DNA of 64,000 bases from Candidatus Sulfomarinibacteraceae bacterium. GTDB taxonomy: Bacteria > Acidobacteriota > Thermoanaerobaculia > Thermoanaerobaculales > Sulfomarinibacteraceae. How positions within the stretch are numbered: position 1 is the first letter of the stretch; every line of letters starts with the position of its first letter. The stretch covers positions 512,695 to 576,694 of the forward strand of contig CAVUHO010000003.1 of assembly GCA_963741385.1 (NCBI GenBank). The letters run 5' to 3'. The translations under genes were made by a program, and so were the position numbers. Positions 23,601 through 34,558 of the stretch are shown piece by piece. The notes below the pieces were generated by a model. That model saw only the letters and a list, made by a program, of their open reading frames with translations. It did no database searches and was not told the DNA's origin.

Positions 23601-24655
23601 CGGCGACCGACCGCGACTCTGCGGACGATTTCCGCGCCGATTTCGAACACCGGCAGGACGGCATCGGCGAGACCGGCGCCGGTCACCTGGCCGGGCATCC
23701 CCCAGACCACCGACGTCTCCCGGTCCTGGGCGATGACCTGGCCTCCCGCGTTGCGAATCGCGCGACAGCCCGCGAGGCCATCCTGGCCCATGCCGGTGAG
23801 CACCACGGCCAGGGTCGAGGCACCGCACGCCACGGACGCCGAATTGAACAGCACATCGGCGGCCGGCCGGCAGGAATTGACGAGGGGTCCGTCGGTGGTC
23901 CTGAGCTCGAGGCCCGCCGATGTTGCATGAACCTCCAGATGGCGGTCACCGGGCGCGATCCACGCCTGTCCGGGAACCAACCGGTCTCCGGTTGCGGCTT
24001 CATGCACGGCCAGCGGTCCCGCGGCGTCCAACCGCCGCGCCAGAAACGGGGTGAAGTTCGCCGGCAGATGTTGGACGATCACGATGGGAGCGGGGAAATC
24101 CGCGGGGAGACCGGAGAGGACTTCGGTGAGTGCGTTGGGGCCTCCGGTCGACGACCCGATCACCACGATTTCGGATGGAGGTGCAGTGTTGCGGCGGCGG
24201 ACGGGCGTTACGACGGCGGGCCGCGGAGTTCTGGTTCCCATCATCGGTGATCCCACGATGGCGCGGGCTTTCGGCAGCAGCTGTTCGCTGAGGTATCGTC
24301 GGGCTTCTTCGGGAGACGATGTGCCTGTGGCCTTGGTGACGTAGTCCGAGGCGCCCTGAAAGAGGGCTTCGACCGTGATCGAGGCGCCGCGTTGGGTGAG
24401 GTTCGAGACCATGATCACCCTCACACCCGGAAACCTGCTGCGGATTTCTGCGAGGGTCTGGATCCCGTCGAGTTCGGGCATGTCGATGTCGAGGGTGACG
24501 AGGTCCGGGCTGAGCCGTTCAATCTTGGTCAAAGCGAGACGACCGTTGGGCGCAGTGCCGACCACCTCGAAATCGCTTTCGGCGGTGAAGATACCCGAGA
24601 TCACGCGCCGGGCGACAACCGAGTCGTCGACAACCAGGGTCCGGATGGGCTGCAC
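23597..24655 (-). CDS. cheB: Chemotaxis methylesterase / response regulator
   Basis: REC domain plus GSSTGGP, VQH, LTGMGQDG, VVWGMP. Confidence 0.95.
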   Translation of the reverse strand: MQPIRTLVVDDSVVARRVISGIFTAESDFEVVGTAPNGRLALTKIERLSPDLVTLDIDMPELDGIQTLAEIRSRFPGVRVIMVSNLTQRGASITVEALFQGASDYVTKATGTSSPEEARRYLSEQLLPKARAIVGSPMMGTRTPRPAVVTPVRRRNTAPPSEIVVIGSSTGGPNALTEVLSGLPADFPAPIVIVQHLPANFTPFLARRLDAAGPLAVHEAATGDRLVPGQAWIAPGDRHLEVHATSAGLELRTTDGPLVNSCRPAADVLFNSASVACGASTLAVVLTGMGQDGLAGCRAIRNAGGQVIAQDRETSVVWGMPGQVTGAGLADAVLPVFEIGAEIVRRVAVGRR

Positions 24656-24666
24656 GAGCGGGTCGC

Positions 24667-25035
24667 CTACAGCCCGATACCGAGGAGGTTGAGCTTTTCC
24701 AGCAACATCTCCTTGTCAAAGGGTTTCATGATGTACTCGTCGGCGCCCGCCTCGAGGGCTTCACGGACCCGGGCGAGCTCGGTTTCGGTGGTGACCATCA
24801 TCAGCCTCAGACCGGCAAGCTCCTGCCGCTGGCGCACGAGCTTCACCAGTTCGAGGCCGCTCATGGCGGGGAGGTTCCAATCGACGAGAGCGACGTCGAA
24901 TCCATCGTCGGCTTTGAGTACCTCATAGGCCATTTCCGCATCAGCCGCCTGCTCGACCTCGAATTCGAGGTCCTCGAGAATGCCGGCGAGGATGGATCGC
25001 ATGGCGCGGGAGTCGTCGATCACCAATGCGCGCAT
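24667..25035 (-). CDS. cheY: Chemotaxis response regulator
   Basis: IDDS, DWNLP, VTTE, KPF; lies within the che operon. Confidence 0.88.
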   Translation of the reverse strand: MRALVIDDSRAMRSILAGILEDLEFEVEQAADAEMAYEVLKADDGFDVALVDWNLPAMSGLELVKLVRQRQELAGLRLMMVTTETELARVREALEAGADEYIMKPFDKEMLLEKLNLLGIGL

Positions 25036-25075
25036 GGCCGATTCCCCTCGGTTCCCGCTGAGACCGGCGACGGCG

Positions 25076-25513
25076 TCATGATGGGCCCTCAGTCGCCGCT
25101 TTCATCGTGTGCTCCACGTCCAGAACGAGCAGGAGCCTGTCTTTGAGTTTGTAGGCGCCTCGTATCAATTTTCGCGACTCACCCCGAAGCGTGTCCGGAG
25201 GTTCTTCGAAATCCCCTTCCGCGACCGTGACGACTTCGCCGACGGTATCCACCACCAGGCTGCGAAGCTCCGAGCCCGAGTCGAGGATGAGCATGGTCGG
25301 AGCGTCGGTGGCGCTGTCCACCTCGATCCTGAACAACCTGCGTAGGTCCACCGCCGTCACGATCTGGCCCCGGAGGTTGATGAGACCGCTGATCGCGGGT
25401 GGCGTTTTCGGGACCGGCGTGACGGGGGTCTTGCGCAGTACCTCCTGAATCTGTGTGACCTCGATGCCGAGCAGGAGATCACCGACGTGAAACGTGCAGA
25501 GCTGAAACGACAC
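25076..25513 (-). CDS. cheW: Chemotaxis coupling protein
   Basis: TPVPKTP..ISGLINLRGQIVTAVDLR, LVVDTVGEV. Confidence 0.93.
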   Translation of the reverse strand: MSFQLCTFHVGDLLLGIEVTQIQEVLRKTPVTPVPKTPPAISGLINLRGQIVTAVDLRRLFRIEVDSATDAPTMLILDSGSELRSLVVDTVGEVVTVAEGDFEEPPDTLRGESRKLIRGAYKLKDRLLLVLDVEHTMKAATEGPS

Positions 25514-25516
25514 GAT

Positions 25517-27832
25517 TCACGCCCCTTCCTTCTCACGTTCGAAGAACTCCGGGTCTGAAAGCCGCACCACCTTCTCGAGATCGAGAATTTCCGTGACCCG
25601 GTCCTGGATCACGGCGCAGGCTCTGACCCCCTCGCGGCTGCCCGCTTTTCTGGCCTTCAGGCTCTCCTCGACGATATCGATGATGCGATGGGCGATCAGA
25701 CCGACCAACCGCCCGTTCACCGTGCACACCACCACCGGGACCGTCTGGTCGTCGAGACTGACTACCGAGTCGCGAGCCCGCTCGCGGCGTTCGGGGAGGG
25801 CGCTCTGGAGATCGATGAGTTGCAGGATCAGCTCACCGTACTGGACCACCTGGCGGTCGCCGACCCATTCAATCGCGGCGCGGGAAAAGTGTTCGAGCCG
25901 CGTCACCGCCTCGAAATCGATCGCCATCCGTTCGTCACCCGGTCCCTGCAGAGCGACGAGACGTGCCTTGTGCTGCCTCTCTGCGACCGCCGAGCTGACC
26001 TGGGAGGCGATTGAATGGGCGCGGGTCTCCGACACGACTCCGGCCGCAAGACCCAAGCGGAAGACGTCAAGAATCAGGGCGATCTGGCCGTCGCCGAGAA
26101 TGGTCGCGCCGGCAAAGGGCACCCCGGCGAGCAGGTGGCCGAGTGGCTTGACGACGATTTCCTGGGAGTCCTCGATCGAATCGACAATCAGCCCGAATCG
26201 CCGGTCATCACCCTGAAGAACCACGATGTTGACAGTCGAGGTTGCGGGGGCTTCCCGGGTGATGTCGAGCTCGTGGTTGAGATACACCAGCGGCAACAGT
26301 TTGCCCCGCAGGCGATACACGGGGACCCCGTTGAGATCTTCGATGCCGAGGCCCTCGCCGCTTCCGTCGAGCCGCACCAGCTCGACGACGCTTGCCTGTG
26401 GGATGGCGATGCGGTGCTTTCCGGCCGACGACAGCAGGACCGTGACAATTGCCAGAGTGAGTGGGATCTTGAGTCTGAAGGTCGTGGACTCGCCCGCCTC
26501 CGACTGCAATTCGATGGAGCCACCGAGGCTTTCAACGTTGGCGCGAACCACATCCAATCCCACACCCCGGCCCGAGATGTTGGTGACCTTGGCGGCGGTC
26601 GAGAACCCGGGCTGGAAAACAAAGGACTCGATCTCGCGCGTCGGGAGCCCCTCGGCCTTCTCCTGATCCACGAGACCCGCCGCGACGGCCCGTTCGAGAA
26701 TCCGCTGGCGGTCGAGACCGCGACCGTCGTCCCGCACCTCGATGACCACGTTACCGCCCTCGTGGTGGGCCCTGAGACGGAGCGTGCCGGCCCGCGGCTT
26801 GCCCTGTGCTTCCCGCACATCCGGCGCCTCGATACCGTGGTCCACGGAATTGCGGACGAGGTGGAGCAATGAGCCCTTGATGGCCTCGATGACCGACTTG
26901 TCGAGATCGGTCTCTTCGCCCTCCATTTCGATTTCGACCTCTTTTCCGAAGTTGTGAGCAAGGTCGCGGACGAATCGGGGCAGCTTTTGCCAGATCGAGC
27001 GGATAGGTTGCATCCGGGTGCGCATCACCGCTTCCTGGAGCTCCCCGGTGATGCTGTCGAGTCGTTGCGCGGAGGAGGCCAGCCGGGTGTCGTTGCCCCC
27101 CGCCAATCGCTGGACCAACTGGTTGCGCGCTAAAACCAGCTCGCCCACGAGGTTCATGAGATGGTCGAGCACGCGGACATCGACCCGGATATTCGACTCG
27201 ACTGCGGCGGGAAGGGATGTCAGCTCGAGGGTCTCGGAGCCGTCGGATGATTCGGGATCGGCGGCCGGGGGAGGGGCGGCGTTTGTCGGGCGCGTGCTCC
27301 GCGGGCCCTTGCCTTTGGTTGCGGCAGTTGTTTTCGCCGGTCTGGAGGTGGTCTTTTTTGCGGCGGGCGTTTTCTTCTTCGCGGTCGATCCGCCGGCGGC
27401 AGGTGAGGCGGGTGCGGATGCCGGGTCGGCTGTGCCGATGGATTTTTCGCTCGTCTCGAAGGCCTGCAGGCGGGCGATGAGGTCGGTGTAGTTGGTCTCG
27501 CCTTCGTTGCCGGTGCGGTCGATATTCGCGAGAATCGTGCGGACGGCATCGATCATGACGAGGAGGTCGGTGGTGATCTCGGGACGGAGGCTCAACGAAC
27601 CGTCGCGGAGACGGGCGAGGAGGGACTCGCCGACGTGGGCGACCGCCTCCAGTTTCTGGAAGGCGAGAAAACCGCAGGTCCCCTTGATGGTGTGGATGGT
27701 TCGGAAGATGCGCGCGAAGACCTCACGGTCGTCGGGGTGTTTTTCGAGGCTGACGAGGTCCTGGTCCAAGAGATCGAGGTTCTCGAAACTCTCGGCGAGA
27801 AACTCGGCGACGATCGAATCCATCCCCCCCAT
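25517..27832 (-). CDS. cheA: Chemotaxis histidine kinase
   Basis: Hpt FRTIHTIKG, LMNLVGELVLARNQ, HLVRNSVDHGIE, DDGRG, SGRGVGLDVV, two CheW domains. Confidence 0.96.
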   Translation of the reverse strand: MGGMDSIVAEFLAESFENLDLLDQDLVSLEKHPDDREVFARIFRTIHTIKGTCGFLAFQKLEAVAHVGESLLARLRDGSLSLRPEITTDLLVMIDAVRTILANIDRTGNEGETNYTDLIARLQAFETSEKSIGTADPASAPASPAAGGSTAKKKTPAAKKTTSRPAKTTAATKGKGPRSTRPTNAAPPPAADPESSDGSETLELTSLPAAVESNIRVDVRVLDHLMNLVGELVLARNQLVQRLAGGNDTRLASSAQRLDSITGELQEAVMRTRMQPIRSIWQKLPRFVRDLAHNFGKEVEIEMEGEETDLDKSVIEAIKGSLLHLVRNSVDHGIEAPDVREAQGKPRAGTLRLRAHHEGGNVVIEVRDDGRGLDRQRILERAVAAGLVDQEKAEGLPTREIESFVFQPGFSTAAKVTNISGRGVGLDVVRANVESLGGSIELQSEAGESTTFRLKIPLTLAIVTVLLSSAGKHRIAIPQASVVELVRLDGSGEGLGIEDLNGVPVYRLRGKLLPLVYLNHELDITREAPATSTVNIVVLQGDDRRFGLIVDSIEDSQEIVVKPLGHLLAGVPFAGATILGDGQIALILDVFRLGLAAGVVSETRAHSIASQVSSAVAERQHKARLVALQGPGDERMAIDFEAVTRLEHFSRAAIEWVGDRQVVQYGELILQLIDLQSALPERRERARDSVVSLDDQTVPVVVCTVNGRLVGLIAHRIIDIVEESLKARKAGSREGVRACAVIQDRVTEILDLEKVVRLSDPEFFEREKEGA

Positions 27833-28002
27833 GCGAACACTCCGATGACTGGAATTTCACGATTCTCCGGCCCTTTCGGCCGGAAGAAATGCCCTCGCAT
27901 CCAGAATACCTCATGTTCGCGGTCGGCCGCGGTACGTGCGATACACTTGACGGGGATGCGAGGGCGTCTCCACTCGATCACTGGGGTGGTGAGAGGTGAT
28001 TC

Positions 28003-29991
28003 ATGGTGCTGGACATTCAGCAGAAACTCAGGTTTTTCGTGGGCGGCGCCATTGCTGTGTCGATGACCGTCCTGGGGGTGCTTGCGGTCACGCGGAACGC
28101 GACCGTCACCCGTGAAAAGACCTACTCGGAGATTCAGCGGATCGTCGACGTCAAGGCTGAAGAGATCGAGCGGTTCTTTGCCGAACGAGGGCAGGTCGTT
28201 CAGACGTTGCTCCTCGACCCGGGTCTTCTCGAGTACTTCGACCGCTATCGCCAGTTCAGGGCGCCGGTGACCGCTCAACCGGACTTTTTAGCGGTCATCG
28301 AGTATTTTGAAGCCATCGTCGCCAAGGATCCTTCGATTCAGGCGGTCTTCTTCGCCGACGACGACACCCAGGAGTATTTCTGCAACCGGGTTCCCGAGAT
28401 ACCGAACGGGCGGGTCGAGAAAGAGGGCTACCTGGTCAAGAACCGGCCCTGGTGGCACGAGGCAGTGGGCGAGGACCGGCTCTATCTGGCATCGCCGACT
28501 GTGGATCTCGTCACCGGTGTTGTCAACGTCGTCATCCAGACCACGGTCCACGCACCCGACGGACACCTCATCGGTGTCGGTGGCATGGATGTGCTGTTGA
28601 CGACCGTCGGCCGGCTCGTCGGACAGGTCCAGTATGAGGGCCAGGGAACCGCGTTCTTGGTCGACTCGCGAGGCGAGATCATCTATTTCGTCGGTGCCGA
28701 GGAGGTCCTCGAGACCCGGCGTAAGAAGGACATCGAGACTCGGATCCAAGACGTCGATACGTTGTTTCCAGAGACCGCCGGGTTTGCCGATCTCGGCGCC
28801 GCTCTGACGGACGGCGGCGACCCGGGCCGCCGGGAGGTCACGTGGGAGGGTGAGCAACGAATCGCCTTCATGGCGCCGATCCGCTCGATCGTCCCGTCGT
28901 TCAGTTGGACGTTGGGAGTGCTGCTGCCGACCGACGTGGTGTCGAGGCCGATCAGGTCGAGCTCGATCAGCACCATCCTGGCGGCCCTGCTCACGCTGGT
29001 GGTGGTCAGCGGGATCACCCTGTCCTTGAGCCGGCTCATCGTCACCCGGCCGATTCAAGAACTGCTCGATCGCTTTCAGGACATCGCCGGCAGCAATGCC
29101 GATCTGACGCGACGGGTCGAGGTCCGCTCCGGCGATGAGATCGGCCGTCTCGGGGACAGCTTCAATCAGTTCATTGGCGGCATCCAGACCGACGTGCGGA
29201 ACATCGGCGAGCAATCGCAGACCCTCATGGACTCCTCCAACGATATGCGCAGCCTGTCGCAACAGATCGCCAGCGCCAACGAGGAGACCTCGGCCCAGGC
29301 GAGCATGGTCTCGGCGGCCGCCGAACAGGTCAACGCCAACGTGCAGTCGGTGGCCACTGCCACCGAGGAGCTCAACGCCAACACCCGCGAAATCGCCGCC
29401 AGCGCCTCCGAGGCCGCCCAGGTGGCGAACCGGGCTGTGGAAATCGCCGATCAGACCAGGATCACGTTCGACCATCTCGACGCCAGCGGCACCACCATTG
29501 GAAACGTGGTCAAGGTGATCTACGCGATCGCGGAGCAGACCAACCTTCTGGCCCTCAATGCGACCATCGAGGCGGCGCGGGCCGGAGAGGCAGGCAGGGG
29601 CTTTGCGGTGGTGGCTGACGAGGTCAAGAAGCTCGCCAAACAGACCGCACATGCCACCGAGGAGATCAGCGCCACCGCGGAGGCCATCAGTTCGCAGACG
29701 GACGACGCCGGAAAGGCCATCACTGAAATCTCGGCCATCATCCGGAAGATCCACGATATCCAGACGACGATCGCCAGCGGCGTCGAGGAGCAGACCGCCA
29801 CCACCGCCGAGATCGCACACAGCGTGACCGAGGCCGCCACCGGGTCCGGGGAGATCGCCGAACGCATCGCCGGCATCGCCGCTGCGGTTCAGCAGACCGC
29901 CATCGCCTCCACCTCGTCGCACGAACGCGCCGACGAACTCGCCATGATGGCGGAAAAGTTGAAGCAGATCGTGGGCAGGTTCACCTACTGA
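28003..29991 (+). CDS. Methyl-accepting chemotaxis protein with dCache sensor
   Basis: TM, RPWW..A / SPTVD Cache motif, [23 protein letters not shown]. Confidence 0.95.
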   Translation: MVLDIQQKLRFFVGGAIAVSMTVLGVLAVTRNATVTREKTYSEIQRIVDVKAEEIERFFAERGQVVQTLLLDPGLLEYFDRYRQFRAPVTAQPDFLAVIEYFEAIVAKDPSIQAVFFADDDTQEYFCNRVPEIPNGRVEKEGYLVKNRPWWHEAVGEDRLYLASPTVDLVTGVVNVVIQTTVHAPDGHLIGVGGMDVLLTTVGRLVGQVQYEGQGTAFLVDSRGEIIYFVGAEEVLETRRKKDIETRIQDVDTLFPETAGFADLGAALTDGGDPGRREVTWEGEQRIAFMAPIRSIVPSFSWTLGVLLPTDVVSRPIRSSSISTILAALLTLVVVSGITLSLSRLIVTRPIQELLDRFQDIAGSNADLTRRVEVRSGDEIGRLGDSFNQFIGGIQTDVRNIGEQSQTLMDSSNDMRSLSQQIASANEETSAQASMVSAAAEQVNANVQSVATATEELNANTREIAASASEAAQVANRAVEIADQTRITFDHLDASGTTIGNVVKVIYAIAEQTNLLALNATIEAARAGEAGRGFAVVADEVKKLAKQTAHATEEISATAEAISSQTDDAGKAITEISAIIRKIHDIQTTIASGVEEQTATTAEIAHSVTEAATGSGEIAERIAGIAAAVQQTAIASTSSHERADELAMMAEKLKQIVGRFTY

Positions 29992-29992
29992 G

Positions 29993-30238
29993 GAATTTCG
30001 GATTTCGGATTTCGGATTTCGAATTTTCATCACAGCTACCCGCGAAGGGTGCGGCGAACGAGACGTGCGGGAAGGGCGTGGGGGAAGATGGGTCGTTGAC
30101 GGCTCGCCTACAGATTTTCATGGCCTTGTTTGTGATTATCGGATGCCCTTTCGCGGGTCATCTGAATCATGAACCACCGCGGTGTGGCGCGCCGTCAAAT
30201 CCGAAATCCGAAATCCGAAATCCGAAATCGCGAATCCT
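29993..30238. mobile_element. Heptamer-bounded element between convergent genes
   Basis: (ATTTCGG)n right after the MCP TGA and inverted (CCGAAAT)n right after the permease TAG; internal ACCCGCGAAGGG...CCCTTTCGCGGGT inverted repeat. Confidence 0.75.
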
Positions 30239-31453
30239 CTATTCGTGTCTGAGCGCGTCGATGGGATCGAGTGATGCGGCCTTCGCGGCGGGGTAGGTGC
30301 CGAAGAAGACCCCGACCAGGGCGGCGAAACCGAACGCCAGCGCGATCGACCACAGCGGAACGTGCGCGGGAGGAAACCCTGGAATGGCCTTGGCGCCGAT
30401 GATGCCCAGACCCCAACCGGCGAGGACCCCGATCAGGCCGCCGACCAGCGAGATGGTCACCGCCTCGATGAGGAACTGCACCAAGATGTCCGATTTACGG
30501 GCTCCGACAGCCTTGCGGACGCCGATCTCGCGGGTGCGTTCGGTGACCGACACCAGCATGATGTTCATGATGCCGATGCCGCCCACCAGCAGGGCGATGC
30601 TGACGATGCCACCGACCACGCTGGTGATGGTGCCGAGGATCGCGCCGGTGGTCTTCAGCAGCTCCTCCTGGAGCAGCACCTGGAAATCGTTCTTGATGCC
30701 TTCAGGGATGTGGTGGCGGGCGCGCAGGATCTCCTTGATCTGGTCCTTGGCCATTTCGACGGTCTCGGCGCTCTCGGCCTGAAAGTCGAGTCGCAGCTGC
30801 TTCAAGGCCTCGACGCCGTAGATGTCACGGGCGGTGGTAATGGGAATCAAGACGAAGTCGTCCTGGCTCTGCCCGAACATTTCGCCCCGGCGTTCCATGA
30901 TGCCGACGATCGTAAAAGCCGACTGGCCGACGATCAGGTCGGTGCCGAGGATGGGTTCCTCGAGCTCGAGTTCGTCGATGACTTTCTGGCCGACCACGCA
31001 CACGCGTGCCGCGCGCTGGGTGTCAAGATCGGAAAAAAACCGACCGCTCTCAACCCAATGGTTGGAGACCTCCTGAAAGGACGGTCCCACACCGAGCAGC
31101 GTCATGGGGTGCCTTCGGCTGCCCGATCGGGCCTGTTCACCGCGGAAGAACACGGGGTTGAAAAGGCTGATGCCGGAGGCCCGCTCCATGATCGCCAGCC
31201 CGTCGTCGTAGGTGAGCGTGACCTCGCGTCCGGCGAGGTCGGGGTCCTGTTGATCGTGGCGCGGGAAGACCATGATGTAGGTGACGCCAACGCCCTCGAA
31301 CTGGGTCGAGATCACGTAGTCGAGACCCTGGACGATGGACACCACGGCGATCACGGCGGCGACGCCGATGATGATGCCGAGCATCGTCAGAAGCGACCGC
31401 ATCTTGTTGGCGCGGATCGCCTGCAGCGCGATGAGCAGGTTGTCCCAGATCAT
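30239..31453 (-). CDS. MacB/FtsX-family ABC permease
   Basis: [58 protein letters not shown] at 31453. Confidence 0.93.
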   Translation of the reverse strand: MIWDNLLIALQAIRANKMRSLLTMLGIIIGVAAVIAVVSIVQGLDYVISTQFEGVGVTYIMVFPRHDQQDPDLAGREVTLTYDDGLAIMERASGISLFNPVFFRGEQARSGSRRHPMTLLGVGPSFQEVSNHWVESGRFFSDLDTQRAARVCVVGQKVIDELELEEPILGTDLIVGQSAFTIVGIMERRGEMFGQSQDDFVLIPITTARDIYGVEALKQLRLDFQAESAETVEMAKDQIKEILRARHHIPEGIKNDFQVLLQEELLKTTGAILGTITSVVGGIVSIALLVGGIGIMNIMLVSVTERTREIGVRKAVGARKSDILVQFLIEAVTISLVGGLIGVLAGWGLGIIGAKAIPGFPPAHVPLWSIALAFGFAALVGVFFGTYPAAKAASLDPIDALRHE

Positions 31454-32148
31454 GAGGCTGCCCCCGTTCCTGGAGACCGTGTGTCTTCGAGAACCTTGCC
31501 ATCGAGAAGGCGGACGACACGTCGCGCGTGGGCCGCGATGTCCTCCTCGTGGGTGACCACGACGATCGTGTTGCCGGCGGCGTTGAGCTCGTTGAAGAGC
31601 TCCATGATCTCCGCCGATGTCCGCGAATCGAGGTTGCCGGTCGGTTCGTCGGCGAGCAGGATCGAAGGATCGTTGATCAACGCACGCGCGACCGCCACCC
31701 GCTGCCGTTGGCCGCCCGAGAGCTCGTTGGGCTGGTGCTTGGCGCGGTCGCCGAGACCCACCTTTTCGAGCGCTTCGTGCGCCCTGCGGTGCCGCTCTTT
31801 GGCCGAAACCCGCGCATAGATGAGGGGCAGCTCGACATTCGCCAGCGCGCTGGCGCGGGACAGCAGGTTGAAGGTCTGGAAGACAAAACCGATTTCGTGG
31901 TTGCGGATCGTCGCGAGCTCGGTGTCGTCGAGATCGGACACGCGCTGTTGGTTGAGGATGTACTCCCCGGATGTGGGGGTGTCGAGACACCCGATGAGGT
32001 TCATCAGGGTCGACTTTCCGGAGCCCGACGGGCCCATGATGGCCAGGTACTCGCCGGCCTCGACCTCGAGATCGACCCCGTCGAGGGCTCGCACCTCCAC
32101 CTCACCCATCGTGTAGATCTTGCGCAGATCGTGGATCGAGATCAGCAT
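31450..32148 (-). CDS. ABC transporter ATP-binding protein (MacB/LolD-like)
   Basis: [27 protein letters not shown]. Confidence 0.95.
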   Translation of the reverse strand: MLISIHDLRKIYTMGEVEVRALDGVDLEVEAGEYLAIMGPSGSGKSTLMNLIGCLDTPTSGEYILNQQRVSDLDDTELATIRNHEIGFVFQTFNLLSRASALANVELPLIYARVSAKERHRRAHEALEKVGLGDRAKHQPNELSGGQRQRVAVARALINDPSILLADEPTGNLDSRTSAEIMELFNELNAAGNTIVVVTHEEDIAAHARRVVRLLDGKVLEDTRSPGTGAAS

Positions 32149-33407
32149 CAGTCGACCTGGACCTCGACACCGCCGGAGCCGTCGTCTTCTTCTTCGGCGT
32201 CGGTCTTCTTTTCTTCGACCTTGATGGGATCATCGTGTTTCATGTTCTTGAGGGTGCGGTAGGGGCCGATCACGACCTCGTCACCCACGGCCAGCCCTTC
32301 GGTGATCTCAACGTACAGCACGTCGGAGACACCCGTCACGACCTTTCGAAGGGCGGCCTTGCCATCCTCCATCAGGTAGACGACATCGACCTCGTCGATG
32401 CCTTTCGCCTTGGTCCCTTTGACCTCCTTGCCGTTGGAGTCGAGCCGCCGTTTGACCACCGCCTGGACGGGGATCGTAATAGCGTCCTCGCTGGTCGCGG
32501 TGAGGATGTCGACCTTGGCGGTCATCGCCGGCCTCAGCGACGGGTCGGGGTCATCGAGAGCCACCTTGACAGCGAATCGAATGGTCCCCTGGGCCGGGTC
32601 CTTCCGACCCGACGTGGCGATTTCGACGACGTGGCCCTTCTGCGGTTCGGTGCCCAGCGCGTCGACGTTCACCTCAGCCTCCTGGCCGAGGGCGATGTTG
32701 ATCACGTCCACCTCGCTGACCTCCACTTCGGCGAGCAGCACCGACATGTCGGCAACCGTCATGATGACCGACCCCGGAAGGTTGGTGGAGCCGGGCACCA
32801 CCGTTTCGCCCCGCTCGGCGTTGAGCTGGATGATCGTGCCGTCCATCGGCGAGAGGATGGTCGTCCGCGCGAGATCGTCCTGGGTCCGCTGCAGGGCGGA
32901 GCGGTACTGCTCCACCGCCTGCTGCTGGGCCTCGAGCTCGACCTCGGCGGTGTCGAGCGCAAGCTGCGAGCTGTCCAGCGCCTGCTGGCTGACCAGTCCG
33001 TCGTCGATGAGCTCCTTGCTGCGCCGCAGGTTGAGCTGGGCGTTGGCGAGCTGCACCTCCTGGCGGCGCACCGAGACCTCGGCCTGGCGCAGGGCCGCCC
33101 TCGCCTGATCGCGAGCCGATACATAGAGGTCGCGTTCGATCTCGAGCAGGAGCTGGCCTTTGGTGACCTCCTGGCCCTCCACAACCGGGAGTTTGATGAT
33201 CTCGCCTACCACCTTGGCCGAGATGTCGACCCGTTTTTCAGGGGTGATCTCGCCGGTAGCCTTGACCCTGGACGACACGGTGCGGAGCTCCGCCGCCTCG
33301 ACTTCGACCTCGGTTCCGCGCGGGCCGGAATCGCGCAGGCTCGCCCAGATCACGAGAGCGAGGACGATCAGCGCACCAGCCACAATCAACGCCTTTTTCA
33401 TGTTCAC
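32148..33407 (-). CDS. Efflux periplasmic adaptor (MacA/HlyD family)
   Basis: N-terminal anchor, lipoyl halves flanking a coiled coil, [17 protein letters not shown]. Confidence 0.92.
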   Translation of the reverse strand: MNMKKALIVAGALIVLALVIWASLRDSGPRGTEVEVEAAELRTVSSRVKATGEITPEKRVDISAKVVGEIIKLPVVEGQEVTKGQLLLEIERDLYVSARDQARAALRQAEVSVRRQEVQLANAQLNLRRSKELIDDGLVSQQALDSSQLALDTAEVELEAQQQAVEQYRSALQRTQDDLARTTILSPMDGTIIQLNAERGETVVPGSTNLPGSVIMTVADMSVLLAEVEVSEVDVINIALGQEAEVNVDALGTEPQKGHVVEIATSGRKDPAQGTIRFAVKVALDDPDPSLRPAMTAKVDILTATSEDAITIPVQAVVKRRLDSNGKEVKGTKAKGIDEVDVVYLMEDGKAALRKVVTGVSDVLYVEITEGLAVGDEVVIGPYRTLKNMKHDDPIKVEEKKTDAEEEDDGSGGVEVQVD

Positions 33408-33460
33408 CTTCCAAACCGGACCATCAATCTCAGGCTGCGGATCTTCCCGTCGTCACGAAG

Positions 33461-34228
33461 TCAGCCCATGATCATCGCAAAGGCTGACTTGACCACGATC
33501 ATGGCGATCCAAGGGACGAGTGCGGCAACGGCGGCCTTGCCGCGCGAGATCTTGCCGACGGTGGCAAAGCCCATGATCAACAGTACGACCACCCAGATAT
33601 TGAAGATGCTGATCGTGCCGGCCGCCGACGACAGCCAGGCGGGCGTTTCGGGGGACAGGAAGGCCCCGAGGTTGGCCTTGACGATATTGCCAAGCTCCTG
33701 CTCGGGCACTTTCCCGACCCTTTGCACCAGCACACCGGTCAGGACCAGCGCCACGGCGGTCGCGGGCCAGTAACCGTGGAGCACCGTTGACAGCGTCGTC
33801 TTGAAATCGATCTCCGAACCGACGATCTTGAGCATCACCAGAAAGACCGCGGCCATGAGCGCCCACACCAGCGGTGCGACTACCAAACCGACGATCGGCG
33901 CGAACTTGGCGATTTTTTCGGCCGGGACGAGCATCTGTTCCATCTGTTCATCGGTGATTTCGTCTGCTCGGTCTGCCATCCGTGCGCGGATGGTGGCCTC
34001 GTAGTCGACGTGGGGTGCGACGGCGACCTGAACCCCGACCCCGAGAAGCACAAGCACGATCATGAGCAGGATCCAGGTCGGTTTGACGCCGATGTCCTCG
34101 AAAACCTGCCCGGGAGACGTGAACATCATCCACAGGCGCTGAAACCCGCTGTAACGGGACGCCGTCGACGGCGTCGGCGGCTGGGTCAGTTCGGGTTCGT
34201 AACCGGGTCGTTCCACGTTGTCACTCAT
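33461..34228 (-). CDS. Yip1-family membrane protein
   Basis: FTSPGQVFEDI..KPTW, five TM segments; upstream of the ABC exporter. Confidence 0.75.
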   Translation of the reverse strand: MSDNVERPGYEPELTQPPTPSTASRYSGFQRLWMMFTSPGQVFEDIGVKPTWILLMIVLVLLGVGVQVAVAPHVDYEATIRARMADRADEITDEQMEQMLVPAEKIAKFAPIVGLVVAPLVWALMAAVFLVMLKIVGSEIDFKTTLSTVLHGYWPATAVALVLTGVLVQRVGKVPEQELGNIVKANLGAFLSPETPAWLSSAAGTISIFNIWVVVLLIMGFATVGKISRGKAAVAALVPWIAMIVVKSAFAMIMG

Positions 34229-34377
34229 CGTCAGCCTCCTCCTCGAGTGGATCTCTCACACTGTTTACTGTGCACCGCGGATTATATTCCGGAATCTCAG
34301 AAATTCGGGGAGATCGTTCCCTGCGGTGAATTGGGCAGGAACCTCCGCAGCACTCGGGCCGTTTCCCGGCGTCCCTC

Positions 34378-34528
34378 CCGTGAGGATGCCAGGCACGCCG
34401 CAATGATGTTGAGGACAACATCATGGCGGGAGCCAGGCACCTCCGCCGCACGCGGCTCGTTTCCGCACTCGCTTCCCGGGAGGGGTGGGTGGCAAATCCG
34501 AAATCCGAAATCCGAAATCCGAAATTCC
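34378..34528. repeat. Family-A variant hairpin, G-run motif and (CCGAAAT)n array
   Basis: ATGATGTTG-AGGA-CAACATCAT hairpin, GGCACCTCCGCCGCACGCGG, GGGAGGGGTGGGTGG, four to five heptamers. Confidence 0.8.
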
Positions 34529-34558
34529 GCTGTGGCGTTCTGCTAAAGTGCCGCCCGC

